DNA from: Calditrichia bacterium
Lineage (GTDB): Bacteria > Calditrichota > Calditrichia > JAJRVZ01
Assembly (NCBI GenBank): GCA_963796965.1
Contig: CAWCNS010000005.1
Location: 800,001 to 864,000 of the forward strand
Length of the DNA: 64,000 nucleotides
Reading direction: 5' to 3'
Part shown: in pieces, positions 1-9,922 of the stretch
Layout of the letters: each line of letters starts with the position of its first letter
Position numbering within the stretch: position 1 is the first letter of the stretch
The notes under the pieces: generated by a model
The model's input: the letters and a program-made list of their open reading frames with translations, nothing else
Databases searched by the model: none
What the model was told of the DNA's origin: nothing
Position numbers and translations under genes: made by a program

Positions 1-310
1 TATTTCATTATGTATCCCGATTTCATGAATTCAATAATATGATTTAATACGATTCTAACTTACTGAGCCTCTAACAAGAGATAAATCTACAGGTGGATAT
101 TATAAGCACCCTTGAAATTATATTTATAAAACAATTAAATCATCTTTCTATCACTTCTTCTACTTGTATATTATTATAAATAACTCAGAGTATTTCTCTG
201 AGGATCTGTCTGTCCCGTTAAGACTGGTAGAGCCAGGCTGGCGGGATGGTTTATTCTTTTAATCCTATTTTTCATTTTTTTATATCCCGATATAATCGGG
301 ATGGCACTAC

Positions 311-1378
311 TTAGATACCTTTATTCCCGATATAGTTACCATAGGAGAGAAGCAACACCGATCCGGCCAAGACAAGAAGGCTAATACCAATGGCAACCTG
401 GGTACGTCGGCGACACCCCTTCCATTCCTTAAATAAAATCCCTACGGCGTTACTAATCAATACAAGTATGATCATGTGAAGTCCCCAACTAGTAAATTCA
501 TACTGGCCCATACGTACATGCCCAAGATTGTAAAAGAAAAATTGACCATACCACAGCGTTCCGGTAAGTATCGCCAGCGTATAGTTTAAAGCCAGGCGTT
601 TATGATTTCTATCATCTGGGATATGCACCAATTCACGAAGGGATTTATTCTTTTTAGCCAGATACAGACTATACACCAGGGCAGTTAAAAAAGCGCCCGG
701 ATTCGAGAAAAGATAAGCGATATTGCCCTTCCAATGCCCGGCGCCATATTTCTCGGCCACCTCCACTATCGGCACCGCCGCTTCAAGTGAGAAACCATAT
801 ACGGCAGATAGCACACCAGCAAGCAACGACAGCAACAAACCCTTCATCAAAAAGAACTCACCCGTACCACCCTTTTTTGCCTGAAGATCAATTTCCTTTA
901 ACCGGCCGGAGACACCACATAAACCTATCCCAAGAGCGCCGACAGCCACCCCCATTATAATATATTCAGAACCAGGTTTGGCAAGGATTGCGCCGAGTTG
1001 GCCACGAACCAAGGGGGGAATGATGGTGCCGAGAACGCTTGACAACCCAACAGCGATGGCATAGGTAAGTGAAAATCCGATATAGCGTATGGAGATATTA
1101 AAAGCGGTGCCCCCAACACCATAGGCTATACCCATTAAAAATGAGAGAAGCATGGGTACTTTTGGAGATTCATTAAGAACCTGAGCAAAATTAGGAATCG
1201 TTATAATAACACCAAGTATCGGCCAGATCAACCAGCACCAGGATGCCTGGACCAGCCAGAATATCTCCCAGGACCAGCGTTTTATAAATTTCTGAGGTGT
1301 ATAACAATTGGCTGCAAACGCAGCACCCACAGAATGCAACGAAACGCCTAATAAGGGATTAACAGGTACAGTAATCAT
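311..1378 (-). CDS. rhaT: L-rhamnose/proton symporter family (RhaT)
   Basis: About 10 TM helices, N-terminal 'YTPQKFIKRWSWEIFWL' and C-terminal 'GILFKEWKG' typical of RhaT; next to a rhamnose mutarotase. Confidence 0.85.
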   Translation of the reverse strand: MITVPVNPLLGVSLHSVGAAFAANCYTPQKFIKRWSWEIFWLVQASWCWLIWPILGVIITIPNFAQVLNESPKVPMLLSFLMGIAYGVGGTAFNISIRYIGFSLTYAIAVGLSSVLGTIIPPLVRGQLGAILAKPGSEYIIMGVAVGALGIGLCGVSGRLKEIDLQAKKGGTGEFFLMKGLLLSLLAGVLSAVYGFSLEAAVPIVEVAEKYGAGHWKGNIAYLFSNPGAFLTALVYSLYLAKKNKSLRELVHIPDDRNHKRLALNYTLAILTGTLWYGQFFFYNLGHVRMGQYEFTSWGLHMIILVLISNAVGILFKEWKGCRRRTQVAIGISLLVLAGSVLLLSYGNYIGNKGI

Positions 1379-1447
1379 AGGTTATCCGATTCAACTTTGT
1401 GACATTACCAAGGTAGTATATTTCCAAAACTTTCTAATCCTATTGTA

Positions 1448-1505
1448 AGACCCTGAAACAAGTTCAGGGTGACAATGCTGTCATCCCGAACTTGTTTCGG
1501 AATCT
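1448..1505. repeat. Inverted pair of GTCA-type REP-like palindromes
   Basis: AGACCCTGAAACAAGTTCAGGGTGAC (1448-1473) and GTCATCCCGAACTTGTTTCGGAATCT (1480-1505) are each hairpins and are imperfect reverse complements of each other. Confidence 0.75.
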
Positions 1506-1680
1506 CTATTGAATTTATAATTGTAATCTCCTTAATTGCTTTTTATCTTCTTGTGCTTCGTGAACTTGGTGGTAAAAAGCGTTTCAAGTATCCTGAATTT
1601 GAATGTCAAGAGACCATTACTTTCCTGAAGGGTGAACGGCTCTTTGAAAACTCAGCGTTTTAAAAAATATTTATTCACTT

Positions 1681-2019
1681 TCAATCCACATGAAAAACTT
1701 CTTCCATGGAGGCCCACCACTCGCCTTCTTCCCGGTCAGGAATTGGTGTCTGGCAGGGTTTACAGACATCCCACCATTTTTGAGTCATGGGATCAGCGGC
1801 CATTTTAGCCATATCCCCATCAAAGTCGTCCCCTTTATATTCAAAATAGCTGAATAAGTAGTACGTGTCCGGTGGCAATTTTCTCAGGTAAATTGAATAA
1901 TTGTGAATATGACATTGTTTGATCATATCCAGAACCTCCGGCCAAACAGCCGCATGCAACTTTACATATTCATCAAGTTTATCTTTTTTTACTTCAAGCA
2001 CACTTCCAAATCTTTTCAT
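1681..2019 (-). CDS. rhaM: L-rhamnose mutarotase
   Basis: 'EYVKLHAAVWPEV', 'IHNYSIY', 'WW..MEEVFH' motifs; start moved to the ATG at 2019 (MKRFG). Confidence 0.88.
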   Translation of the reverse strand: MKRFGSVLEVKKDKLDEYVKLHAAVWPEVLDMIKQCHIHNYSIYLRKLPPDTYYLFSYFEYKGDDFDGDMAKMAADPMTQKWWDVCKPCQTPIPDREEGEWWASMEEVFHVD

Positions 2020-2080
2020 ATGAAGATCCTTCTCATATTTGAGGTGAATAAATAGATGGTTATTGTATATCTGATTTTTA

Positions 2081-2255
2081 ACCACAAAGCACACAAAGAA
2101 GGCACAAAGTACTCAAAGGAAATTTTCTTATTAAAACTTTGTGATCTTAGTGCCTTTGAAATCTTGTCCCAAAGGGATTCCTTCGGAAGAGGATTCCATC
2201 CCGATAAGTCTACCTGATGTAGACATATATATCGGGGCTTGGTGTACTTTGTGGT
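2081..2255. repeat. Inverted pair of ~9-nt periodic repeat tracts with internal palindromes
   Basis: ACCACAAAG-CACACAAAG-..-GGCACAAAG on the left and CTTTGTGAT../CTTGGTGTA-CTTTGTGGT on the right; CCCAAAGGGATTCCTTCGGA lies between them. Confidence 0.65.
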
Positions 2256-2298
2256 AAGTCTTTTATTTTTTCCGTTTATAGACTTTAGCACGACTAAA

Positions 2299-3474
2299 TC
2301 AGTCATTAGATTTCTTCATTGCTAAATCAAATTCACCTAACTGAAGTGGATATTTTCCATATTCACGAACGAGTTTAACGATATAATCATAGGTATGTCC
2401 GGAAACGCTGCTACTCACAGAGTGGTCTGATTGGAATATAAATCCGCCGCCTTTTGCAGCGTTTAGTTTCCGCAACACTTCTTTACGGATTAATTCCTGG
2501 TCACCTGTTTCCCATGTTTGAATATCACCATTCCCACAAAAACCCATTTGATGACCGTAATCATTTCTCAATTCAACTGCATCCAGACCGGCCTTTGTTT
2601 CCAGCGGATTATAAGCATCGATGCCAATATCAATAAAATCCTGAAATATGGCATTTACATTGCCGCAGCCATGATAAATGACGGGAAGATTTTTCTCATG
2701 ACAATAGGCGGTCATAGCCTGAACCCAGGGCTTGAAATAAGCGCGCCAATAATCCGGAGAAAAGAACAGGTTTCTCCGATGGGCAACATCCCCCCAGATG
2801 ACCATGCCATCTAATAGCCCTTCGCCTGCTTCTATTTCCGCTTTCAGACAATCCAAATAAAATTGCCCAATACGGTTAATCGCCTTTCCCATTCGTTCCG
2901 GATAAAGCCCCATCCAGAGCATTGAATTTTCTATACCTACAAGCCGTGTTAAACATTCGGCACACTCAATCATACTGCCAAATACAGGAAAATCCTCATG
3001 CAGATTATTTACCGTTTCTATCCAGGGGGGTGAATTGCGCTCGAAACCGTCACCAACACCGGCAATCTGATTATCACCCGAACTAAAATAGCGCCTTTTA
3101 TCATGGGGATCATCGAATGCAAAAGCCTCTAACCTCTCAATGGTATCGACCTCCCATCCAATAAATTCAGGCATTGGAAAATCATATTTTTTTCTAACCG
3201 TTCCCCCAAAACCGGTTTTGACGACAACTTCGGTTTCATCTTCCCGAATTGTTTCAAAAGACATGATGCGCGGATCCATATTCGGCGTTGTTACAATCCA
3301 ATCGAGATCATAATGATAATAGGGGCTCGCATCCCTGGCCAGATCCAGATCGGATCTCCACCGCTCAACAAAACTTCCCCAGAAAAAATCACTGATTGGC
3401 ACCTGATCAGGTTCTTCGTGCCGTAAGGCTTTCCGCATTCTATCCAACTTTTGCAGCGTACTCTTCTTCCGCAT
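2299..3474 (-). CDS. Uroporphyrinogen decarboxylase / MtaA-CmuA family TIM-barrel protein
   Basis: 'RMRKALRHEEPDQVP', 'WGDVA', 'IYHGCGN', 'GGGFIFQSDHSV' motifs. Confidence 0.8.
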   Translation of the reverse strand: MRKKSTLQKLDRMRKALRHEEPDQVPISDFFWGSFVERWRSDLDLARDASPYYHYDLDWIVTTPNMDPRIMSFETIREDETEVVVKTGFGGTVRKKYDFPMPEFIGWEVDTIERLEAFAFDDPHDKRRYFSSGDNQIAGVGDGFERNSPPWIETVNNLHEDFPVFGSMIECAECLTRLVGIENSMLWMGLYPERMGKAINRIGQFYLDCLKAEIEAGEGLLDGMVIWGDVAHRRNLFFSPDYWRAYFKPWVQAMTAYCHEKNLPVIYHGCGNVNAIFQDFIDIGIDAYNPLETKAGLDAVELRNDYGHQMGFCGNGDIQTWETGDQELIRKEVLRKLNAAKGGGFIFQSDHSVSSSVSGHTYDYIVKLVREYGKYPLQLGEFDLAMKKSND

Positions 3475-3504
3475 ACTATCTCCTGCCCATTGAAAGATGT
3501 ATTT

Positions 3505-3640
3505 TCACGCAGCGCCGCAGAGAAACTTATCCACGAATTTCACGAATTAGTACAAATTTCACGAATTTTTTGAAAGATTAATAAAATTTTAATTATTCTT
3601 TGTGAACTTTGTGCATGCTTGGGGTGCTTTGTGTTTATCT
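3505..3640. repeat. ~9-nt periodic intergenic repeat cluster
   Basis: CACGCAGCGCCGCAGAG, CCACGAATTTCACGAATT..TTTCACGAATT and CTTTGTGAACTTTGTG..CTTTGTG tracts. Confidence 0.6.
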
Positions 3641-3698
3641 TTTTTCTCACTCAACGACACGACAATACGATAATTTTTCTTTTTGTATTTTGTATTTT

Positions 3699-6059
3699 TT
3701 ATTTTGCATTAATAAATGCCCATGTATCCCCAGCTTTGGTCTGAATGGTAACCACGCCCCTTTTATCTGGTTTCACTGACGAATAATTTTGATCATTCCT
3801 ACCTGCCTCAATTTTGGGCCATGGACTCAACAAACGTAATTGACCTCCATAGAGCGAGGTGATTTGCAGTCCCGATACATTTTCCACGGATCCCTCAGCT
3901 GAAACCAGAAATCCTCCCTGGGCACGCAAATCAGTAAAACTGGCTTTCGTTCCCGGGATTAATGCTGGAAATATTCTAATAATATCATCGACACTTTGCA
4001 TGAGCAACTCGGAGATAGCCATGCCAACACCAAATTGCTCCGTATAATGGCCAAAATCATTAAATCTTTGATGCGGTACTAACCTATTCAATGCAAGTGT
4101 TGCATTGGAACGTGTTCGCGCTTTAATTTCTGTCTCCAGCCATTCCTGGCTGCCCGGCATGCTCAACCGTGCCCGAGCCACGGCAAGCATAACCGTCGCA
4201 TTATTGCCATTCCATTTTAAACCTTCTATCGTACGTTTAAAAAGATTTTTTTCCACATCGGGTGACCACCAGGAGACAACATCGCCCGGAAAAACAGGAG
4301 TTGAGGGAACCGAAATATTATACTCAATGGGAGGTGCATCCTGGACATCGACAACAATTGGTTCATCTTCCCCATAAAGTGGATAATCCGGAAGACGCTG
4401 CAGCGCTTTCTCAAAACGCCTGACCAGTACTTCATCCTCTTTCAAAGTTTGGGCCGCTTCGATTGCTGCATTCAGCGTATAACGGATCAAAGCAATATCG
4501 AAGGTACAGTTGTAATTTCGATCAAGATTTTTCGTCCAACCCCAATGTTCCGGAGAAACCGACGGCCCAAGACGAATCGCATCGCCACCTTCACATTGTT
4601 CGATGAATTCTGCATAGAAAGTGGCGACTTCACGGATTACCGGATAAACGATATTTTTAAGCCTCTCCGGGTCAGGATCATATTTATAGCGCCACCACAT
4701 GGGCTGGACACTGAATCCGTTAACACCAATCGTCATCCCCCACACGTGGTGGATGTATTGTCTTCCAAGCCGGCTTTTACATACGGCCGGATCTTCCGGC
4801 TCATAGGCATACATCACATGCGGATAATAAGCACCATCCATAGAGAACACCTTGTTTGAAAGCCATTTGGCTCGGGTAAGATACTCAAACATTAAACGGT
4901 CATAGGGTTCTGCCAGGTCTGGGTGATTGGACTGGTAGGCGGTCCAGTAGGTCTGTTGAATATTATAGTTGGTATGATAATCACCATGCCAGGCGGGAAT
5001 ATCATTAATAAGCCCGGCAAATAAACCCACTGATTGTACGCCAGGCTTACTGACACATCTCAGAAAATAAAGCGAGCGATACCAGGTGGATTGGAGGAAT
5101 GGATTACCTAATTCCATCCCACTCTGTGACCAAAACTGTGCCCATTCCGATTCATGATTTTTAACAAGACTTTCTAATTCAGCGTCAACGGTTTCTATTG
5201 CCAATTTACTGGCAGCACCAACTACATCATTCGATTCAATGGAACTAACGATGGCGATTGCCTTCAGATTTTCTGTTGAGGCAATAGCAACAGCAAAGGA
5301 CATTCCTGGCCAATCCAAATCGCCGGGGATCTCTTGTTTAAGCCAAGAAACATTGTTCGTCTTTCCTGTCTTAGCCTCAGAAAGCCCGTCCGATATAACC
5401 GGCTTAAGTAAAATCTGAGCAGCTGTTTCGACGAGAAAAACATTCTGGTTTGCCAGGGCACGAATTTCAACCGGCTTCATTTCCGATCCCCGGATGATAG
5501 CCACCCCCCGTCGTAAATCGAGCTCGCCTTTCAATTCATTCGCGTCATCCGCCAGCGAAATGATAATCCGGGCACATTGCCGGGGACAGGGATAGGCCGC
5601 TGAGTGATAACTATCTTTTTTATCCCAGGTCATACCCTCCGGTAATACATAGGAACTGTTATTATTTCTTAAGGGGAAAGCGGATTCTGAGGCACCAAGT
5701 TGCTTAATCAAATCAAGGGTTGGAAGGGGTGGATCATTCACGGTTTCGACCCGGGCATCCCAAACATCATTTTTGGTCAGGTTTAATCTAAGGGAACTAC
5801 TATCCGAATAAATGAGGGCGTTGATATCCCCGTTACCGACGATCAGAGCACCATCAAGGATATCATTTAAATTATCTACTTTTATAGAAGCATCATCCAG
5901 GGCTTTTGGAAATGGAATCTTTTTCTCCACCCCTGAGACAGGAGACAATGTTATAAAGATAAGAAGAATGGTGGTAAACGTAGCGACGCGATTAATCGCG
6001 CCGTTACATTTACGTGATATGAAAAATAGTTTATTATTAAGATATTTTTGATCTTGCAT
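3699..6059 (-). CDS. GH95-like (alpha-L-fucosidase/galactosidase-like) secreted glycoside hydrolase
   Basis: Signal peptide; 'LIVGNGDI', 'WHGDYHTNYNIQQTYW', 'SVSPEH', 'ELLMQS', 'LRAQGGFLVSA'. Confidence 0.75.
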   Translation of the reverse strand: MQDQKYLNNKLFFISRKCNGAINRVATFTTILLIFITLSPVSGVEKKIPFPKALDDASIKVDNLNDILDGALIVGNGDINALIYSDSSSLRLNLTKNDVWDARVETVNDPPLPTLDLIKQLGASESAFPLRNNNSSYVLPEGMTWDKKDSYHSAAYPCPRQCARIIISLADDANELKGELDLRRGVAIIRGSEMKPVEIRALANQNVFLVETAAQILLKPVISDGLSEAKTGKTNNVSWLKQEIPGDLDWPGMSFAVAIASTENLKAIAIVSSIESNDVVGAASKLAIETVDAELESLVKNHESEWAQFWSQSGMELGNPFLQSTWYRSLYFLRCVSKPGVQSVGLFAGLINDIPAWHGDYHTNYNIQQTYWTAYQSNHPDLAEPYDRLMFEYLTRAKWLSNKVFSMDGAYYPHVMYAYEPEDPAVCKSRLGRQYIHHVWGMTIGVNGFSVQPMWWRYKYDPDPERLKNIVYPVIREVATFYAEFIEQCEGGDAIRLGPSVSPEHWGWTKNLDRNYNCTFDIALIRYTLNAAIEAAQTLKEDEVLVRRFEKALQRLPDYPLYGEDEPIVVDVQDAPPIEYNISVPSTPVFPGDVVSWWSPDVEKNLFKRTIEGLKWNGNNATVMLAVARARLSMPGSQEWLETEIKARTRSNATLALNRLVPHQRFNDFGHYTEQFGVGMAISELLMQSVDDIIRIFPALIPGTKASFTDLRAQGGFLVSAEGSVENVSGLQITSLYGGQLRLLSPWPKIEAGRNDQNYSSVKPDKRGVVTIQTKAGDTWAFINAK

Positions 6060-6080
6060 AGGGTTACTCCTTGATGATGC

Positions 6081-8264
6081 TTATTTATTTAACGTTTTCG
6101 TCAATATGGGCAGAATCAGTTCAGCCATTTTTTCATGGCCTTTTGGATTAGGATGCACCCCATCGGTTAACCATTCATCTAAATTTTGACCAGATTTTTG
6201 ACGCGTTGACCAAAATTGAAAATGATCGACAAACGCAATTTCATCATCCTCAGCCATCTGGCCACAGATAGCCACATATTTCCGAAGCATAAAATTCATA
6301 TCATTACTTTTATAGGGTTCATTATCTTTCGCTTTTGCACTATTGGTCATACGTGGTTCGGTCATTAATACAGGTTTAATACCTGCATCTCTTAACTTTT
6401 TAATTAATTCGTGAAGATTTGCTTCATATTTTTCGAGTGTCAGACGTGATTTATTTTTTCCATAGTCGATATGAGAATCATTGGTTCCATACATTAAAAG
6501 TACCATATCCGGATTTCGACCAATAACCTCCTCTTCTATTCTACCCAATGCCTGATCGGTTCGCTCCCCTCCTTTTCCAATATTTATTACCCACGCATTG
6601 AGGCCATTCTCTCTCAGATTTATTTCAAGCAATGAACAAAAAGTTTCATCAAGTCTAACTCCCAGACGATAGCCTTTAGTTATGGAATCACCAAAGCCAA
6701 TAAGAATGATCCGGTTCTTATTCATTAGTGTACTGATATCATCTGCAGAGAGAGAGAATCTGAAAGGTTCTGCCGGCAGATTGTCCTTATTCATGAGATT
6801 GCAATTTGGATAGGGAGCCCATCCATAGCAGACACCGGCTGGATCTTTTATTTTGGGATGGTATAGTACAACTTCATTACCTTCTATTATAGCGCTTGCG
6901 GGCAGCCGAATACCGGACTTGCTGATCAATTCAAATCCAAGCAGATCTTTTTCCTCTCCGGTATTTAAACTATTCCCTGTGTTTGTATAGAGAATCTTAA
7001 GCGTTTGACCTTTCCGGGTTACCGACTTGATTACCGGTCCCGAATCGATAATATCCTGTTTATAAGTCTTCTTCAAGGCTATTCGAGCCAGCCTGTTACC
7101 AACATCACGTTTATTTTTAGGATGTATATCAACAGGATTTCCAATATCAATGGTAACCGCCATTCCAGTGTTTGGTTCGCTTAATACCCGGGCCTGACCT
7201 TCACGGAATTCCGGCCATAAGTCTGCCGGATATCCGTTGATCGTACTCATTCCAGGTCACTGTACATAAAGAAATGAAAAATCTCCTAATTGCCATTCAT
7301 TTCGCCAATCCCGGATTAAAGTTCTGAACAACTTTTCATGGAGTGCCGGGTTGTGAGCATTGGATTCACCCTGGTACCAGATGACGCCTTTAATATTAAA
7401 GGAGATTAAAGGTTTTATTCCTGCATCAAATAAAAATGTTGGCTGGTAAGGATGTCTTAAATCCCGATGTTCTTCATCTTTATCGGGAGACAATCCACTC
7501 AAATTTTTTAGCCCCCGTCCCCGGCACCAGGAATGGACCATCTCATTCGATTGCCAATCATCCAATATCTTTCTTAATGTTGTATCACTTTCAAGACTTT
7601 TCCGACTGATCCAGGACTCGGTGGGGGAACCACCAATGGCATTATGAATCAGCCCGATTGGTACATTCAATTTTTGTGACAACATTTTTCCAAAGAAATA
7701 AGCCACAGCAGAAAAATCTGCCGCGTTCATTGGGGTGCATTCCTGCCATGATGTTTTGTCATAATATTTCTGGGGCCGGCATCGGTTTAAATCTCCTTCC
7801 TGGAATACACGATTATCAGGATAGGGATTGCCCTGCATATTAAACAAACGAAGGTTTGGCTGGAGAGATTTTGGAAGCTCTTCAGAGGCATTTGAGGCAT
7901 GTTTTAGCATAAAACGCATATTTGATTGGCCGGAGCATAACCAGACTTCACCAATCAATACATTTTTTATAATTGTATCATTAATAAAGATTGTATAGGG
8001 CCCACCGGCTTTTGGTGTTTTAAGTTTAATGATCCATTGGCCTTCTGTATTTGTAATGGAAGAATATTTCTCTGTATCCCAATTTGTTTGGACATGAATT
8101 GGTAAACCTGCATCTGCCCTGCCCCATATGGCTGACTCGGATTCCTGTTGCAGTACCATATTATCAGAGAATATATCGGGTAATTCAATTTGGGCGAATA
8201 CAAGATTTGTATAAAGGAGAAAAAACTGAAAGCAGGGTAACTTCATTTTAGAAATTATAGACAT
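6081..8264 (-). CDS. Sialate O-acetylesterase (SASA domain) fused to a C-terminal SGNH/GDSL esterase; interrupted by an in-frame TGA at 7257-7259
   Basis: 'GEVWLCSGQSNM', 'WYQGESN', 'DIHP.NK' (SASA) and 'FGDSIT..GTND..DGVHP' (GDSL). The two track ORFs are in the same frame: YVQ*PGMST. Confidence 0.82.
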
Positions 8265-8368
8265 TAGAATCCCTAATCATTTACACTTCGCTAAATGGTG
8301 ATCATCGAACAAAATAAATTTGGAAGATAAATAACTCTATTCAAATAAAAATAACAGCTACTCTGGTC

Positions 8369-9394
8369 TCAACATGTATATTTATATTCATGTACCGCAT
8401 CACGCATGGCGTAAATATTTTCAATAGGAATTAACTGATGCAGATCATGACTGGAGGCAACAATATAACCGCCCCCCTCGGCTAATTTCTCAATATGATC
8501 ATGGACATCTGATTTAACATCCTCAGGTTTACCATTAAGTAGAACCCCGTCAATATTAATATTTCCGTGAAGCGTTAATTGTTTGCCATATTTTTTCTTT
8601 AAATAGTAAATGTCCTGGTCTTCGGCAGAGGGATCGATCGGATTCAAAATATCCATCCCCATTTCCAGAAATTTTGGGATCCAGGATGTGACATCTCCAT
8701 CAATATGAAAAATAGTTTTAATTCCCTGGGAGTTAACCAGTTTGCATTGTTCCCGTATAAATTTAAATTCATATTTTGTCAGCATATCAGGGGATATCAT
8801 TGATCCATTACTGGTAATCAGCCCGGAAGAAATCTTCACCGCATCAACCGGATACCGCATATACATTTCCAATTCTTTCATACTGTAGTCATGAACATAC
8901 TTTTGGAAGTCATCAATAAATTGAGGATTGGTCAGGGTTCCCAAACAAAAGTCCTGATAACCAATGGCCGTCGGCACGGTAAATCCTGCCGTCTGGGCCG
9001 CGCAAACCAAACCAAAACCCGAATTTTGAATAAGATTACACGTTGCTTCTAACTTTTCTTCAAGCAGATCCAAATCCGGGAAGAAGATATCTTTAAGCGA
9101 TCCCCGGGTTTTCATATAGCCGTCAATATAATGAATACGCCCTTCCCTATCCTTTTTCTCCCTGCGTCCCAGATGCCAGACATGACCAAAATATACCATA
9201 TCATTGCCCATTTCGTGGTTCCAGGCAATCACATCCTCAGGTGGCAATTCAAATGAATGCAACCCCAGATCATAGCGTTTTCCCATCATCTTATTTACAA
9301 TGGCCATATCCGCTTCTATTTCGAATAATGGGATTTCAGACTGCTGCTTATGGTTTACGGCATTTAAAAAACGGGTTTTATTGGGATTACGCAT
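8369..9394 (-). CDS. Uroporphyrinogen decarboxylase family protein
   Basis: 'IFHIDGD', 'LNPIDP', 'LHGNIN', 'GGGYIVASSH' motifs. Confidence 0.78.
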   Translation of the reverse strand: MRNPNKTRFLNAVNHKQQSEIPLFEIEADMAIVNKMMGKRYDLGLHSFELPPEDVIAWNHEMGNDMVYFGHVWHLGRREKKDREGRIHYIDGYMKTRGSLKDIFFPDLDLLEEKLEATCNLIQNSGFGLVCAAQTAGFTVPTAIGYQDFCLGTLTNPQFIDDFQKYVHDYSMKELEMYMRYPVDAVKISSGLITSNGSMISPDMLTKYEFKFIREQCKLVNSQGIKTIFHIDGDVTSWIPKFLEMGMDILNPIDPSAEDQDIYYLKKKYGKQLTLHGNINIDGVLLNGKPEDVKSDVHDHIEKLAEGGGYIVASSHDLHQLIPIENIYAMRDAVHEYKYTC

Positions 9395-9612
9395 TGTTTC
9401 ACCTGAATTATTGTATTATGTGCCCTTCGACCCTTTAAGTACATGGGCAAAAAAGAAAGAAGTCCACGAATTACTCCCGTATAACGGGACAGGTTGAATT
9501 TTGACGACTTAAATATGATTTTATAAAATTTTTTGCTCTGCGCCGCCCACCTATATTTGACGGGGGAAGGCTTCTATGTTATTATTTACCTTTCTAATAT
9601 TTTATCGCCCGT

Positions 9613-9922
9613 TGCCCTGAAGGGGCATGAGCACTAACACAGGGTAACGCCCTGTGAATCTGGAATAATAAAAATCCAAGCCCTGAAGGGGCGAAAGCCT
9701 AATCCCCTACAAATACCACCCAATATTCATATAGTGATTTTTCAATTCTATCACCAATGAGGTTTTGTCGGTTTTTGGTACTAAATATTATATGTACATA
9801 AACTTTTGATAATGACTGTGGAATAATATTTCTTTTGCTTTCGCCCTTTCAGGGCTAATATATAATATGGATTTTATTCATAGGGCGTTGCCCTATGCTT
9901 TTGCTATTGCCCCCTTGGGGCA
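9613..9922. mobile_element. REPIN/MITE-like element with ~86-bp terminal inverted arms made of REP palindromes
   Basis: Left arm GCCCTGAAGGGGC..ACAGGGTAACGCCCTGTG..AGCCCTGAAGGGGCGAAAGC matches the reverse complement of the right arm GCTTTCGCCCTTTCAGGGCT..CATAGGGCGTTGCCCTATG..TGCCCCCTTGGGGCA; AT-rich non-coding spacer. Confidence 0.7.

Noticed and set aside
1469..3581. Small ORFs 1469-1663, 2016-2306 and 3396-3581
   Set aside because: Their peptides ('TTKYTK', 'TQRRRE', 'STNFTNF') are translations of intergenic repeat DNA.
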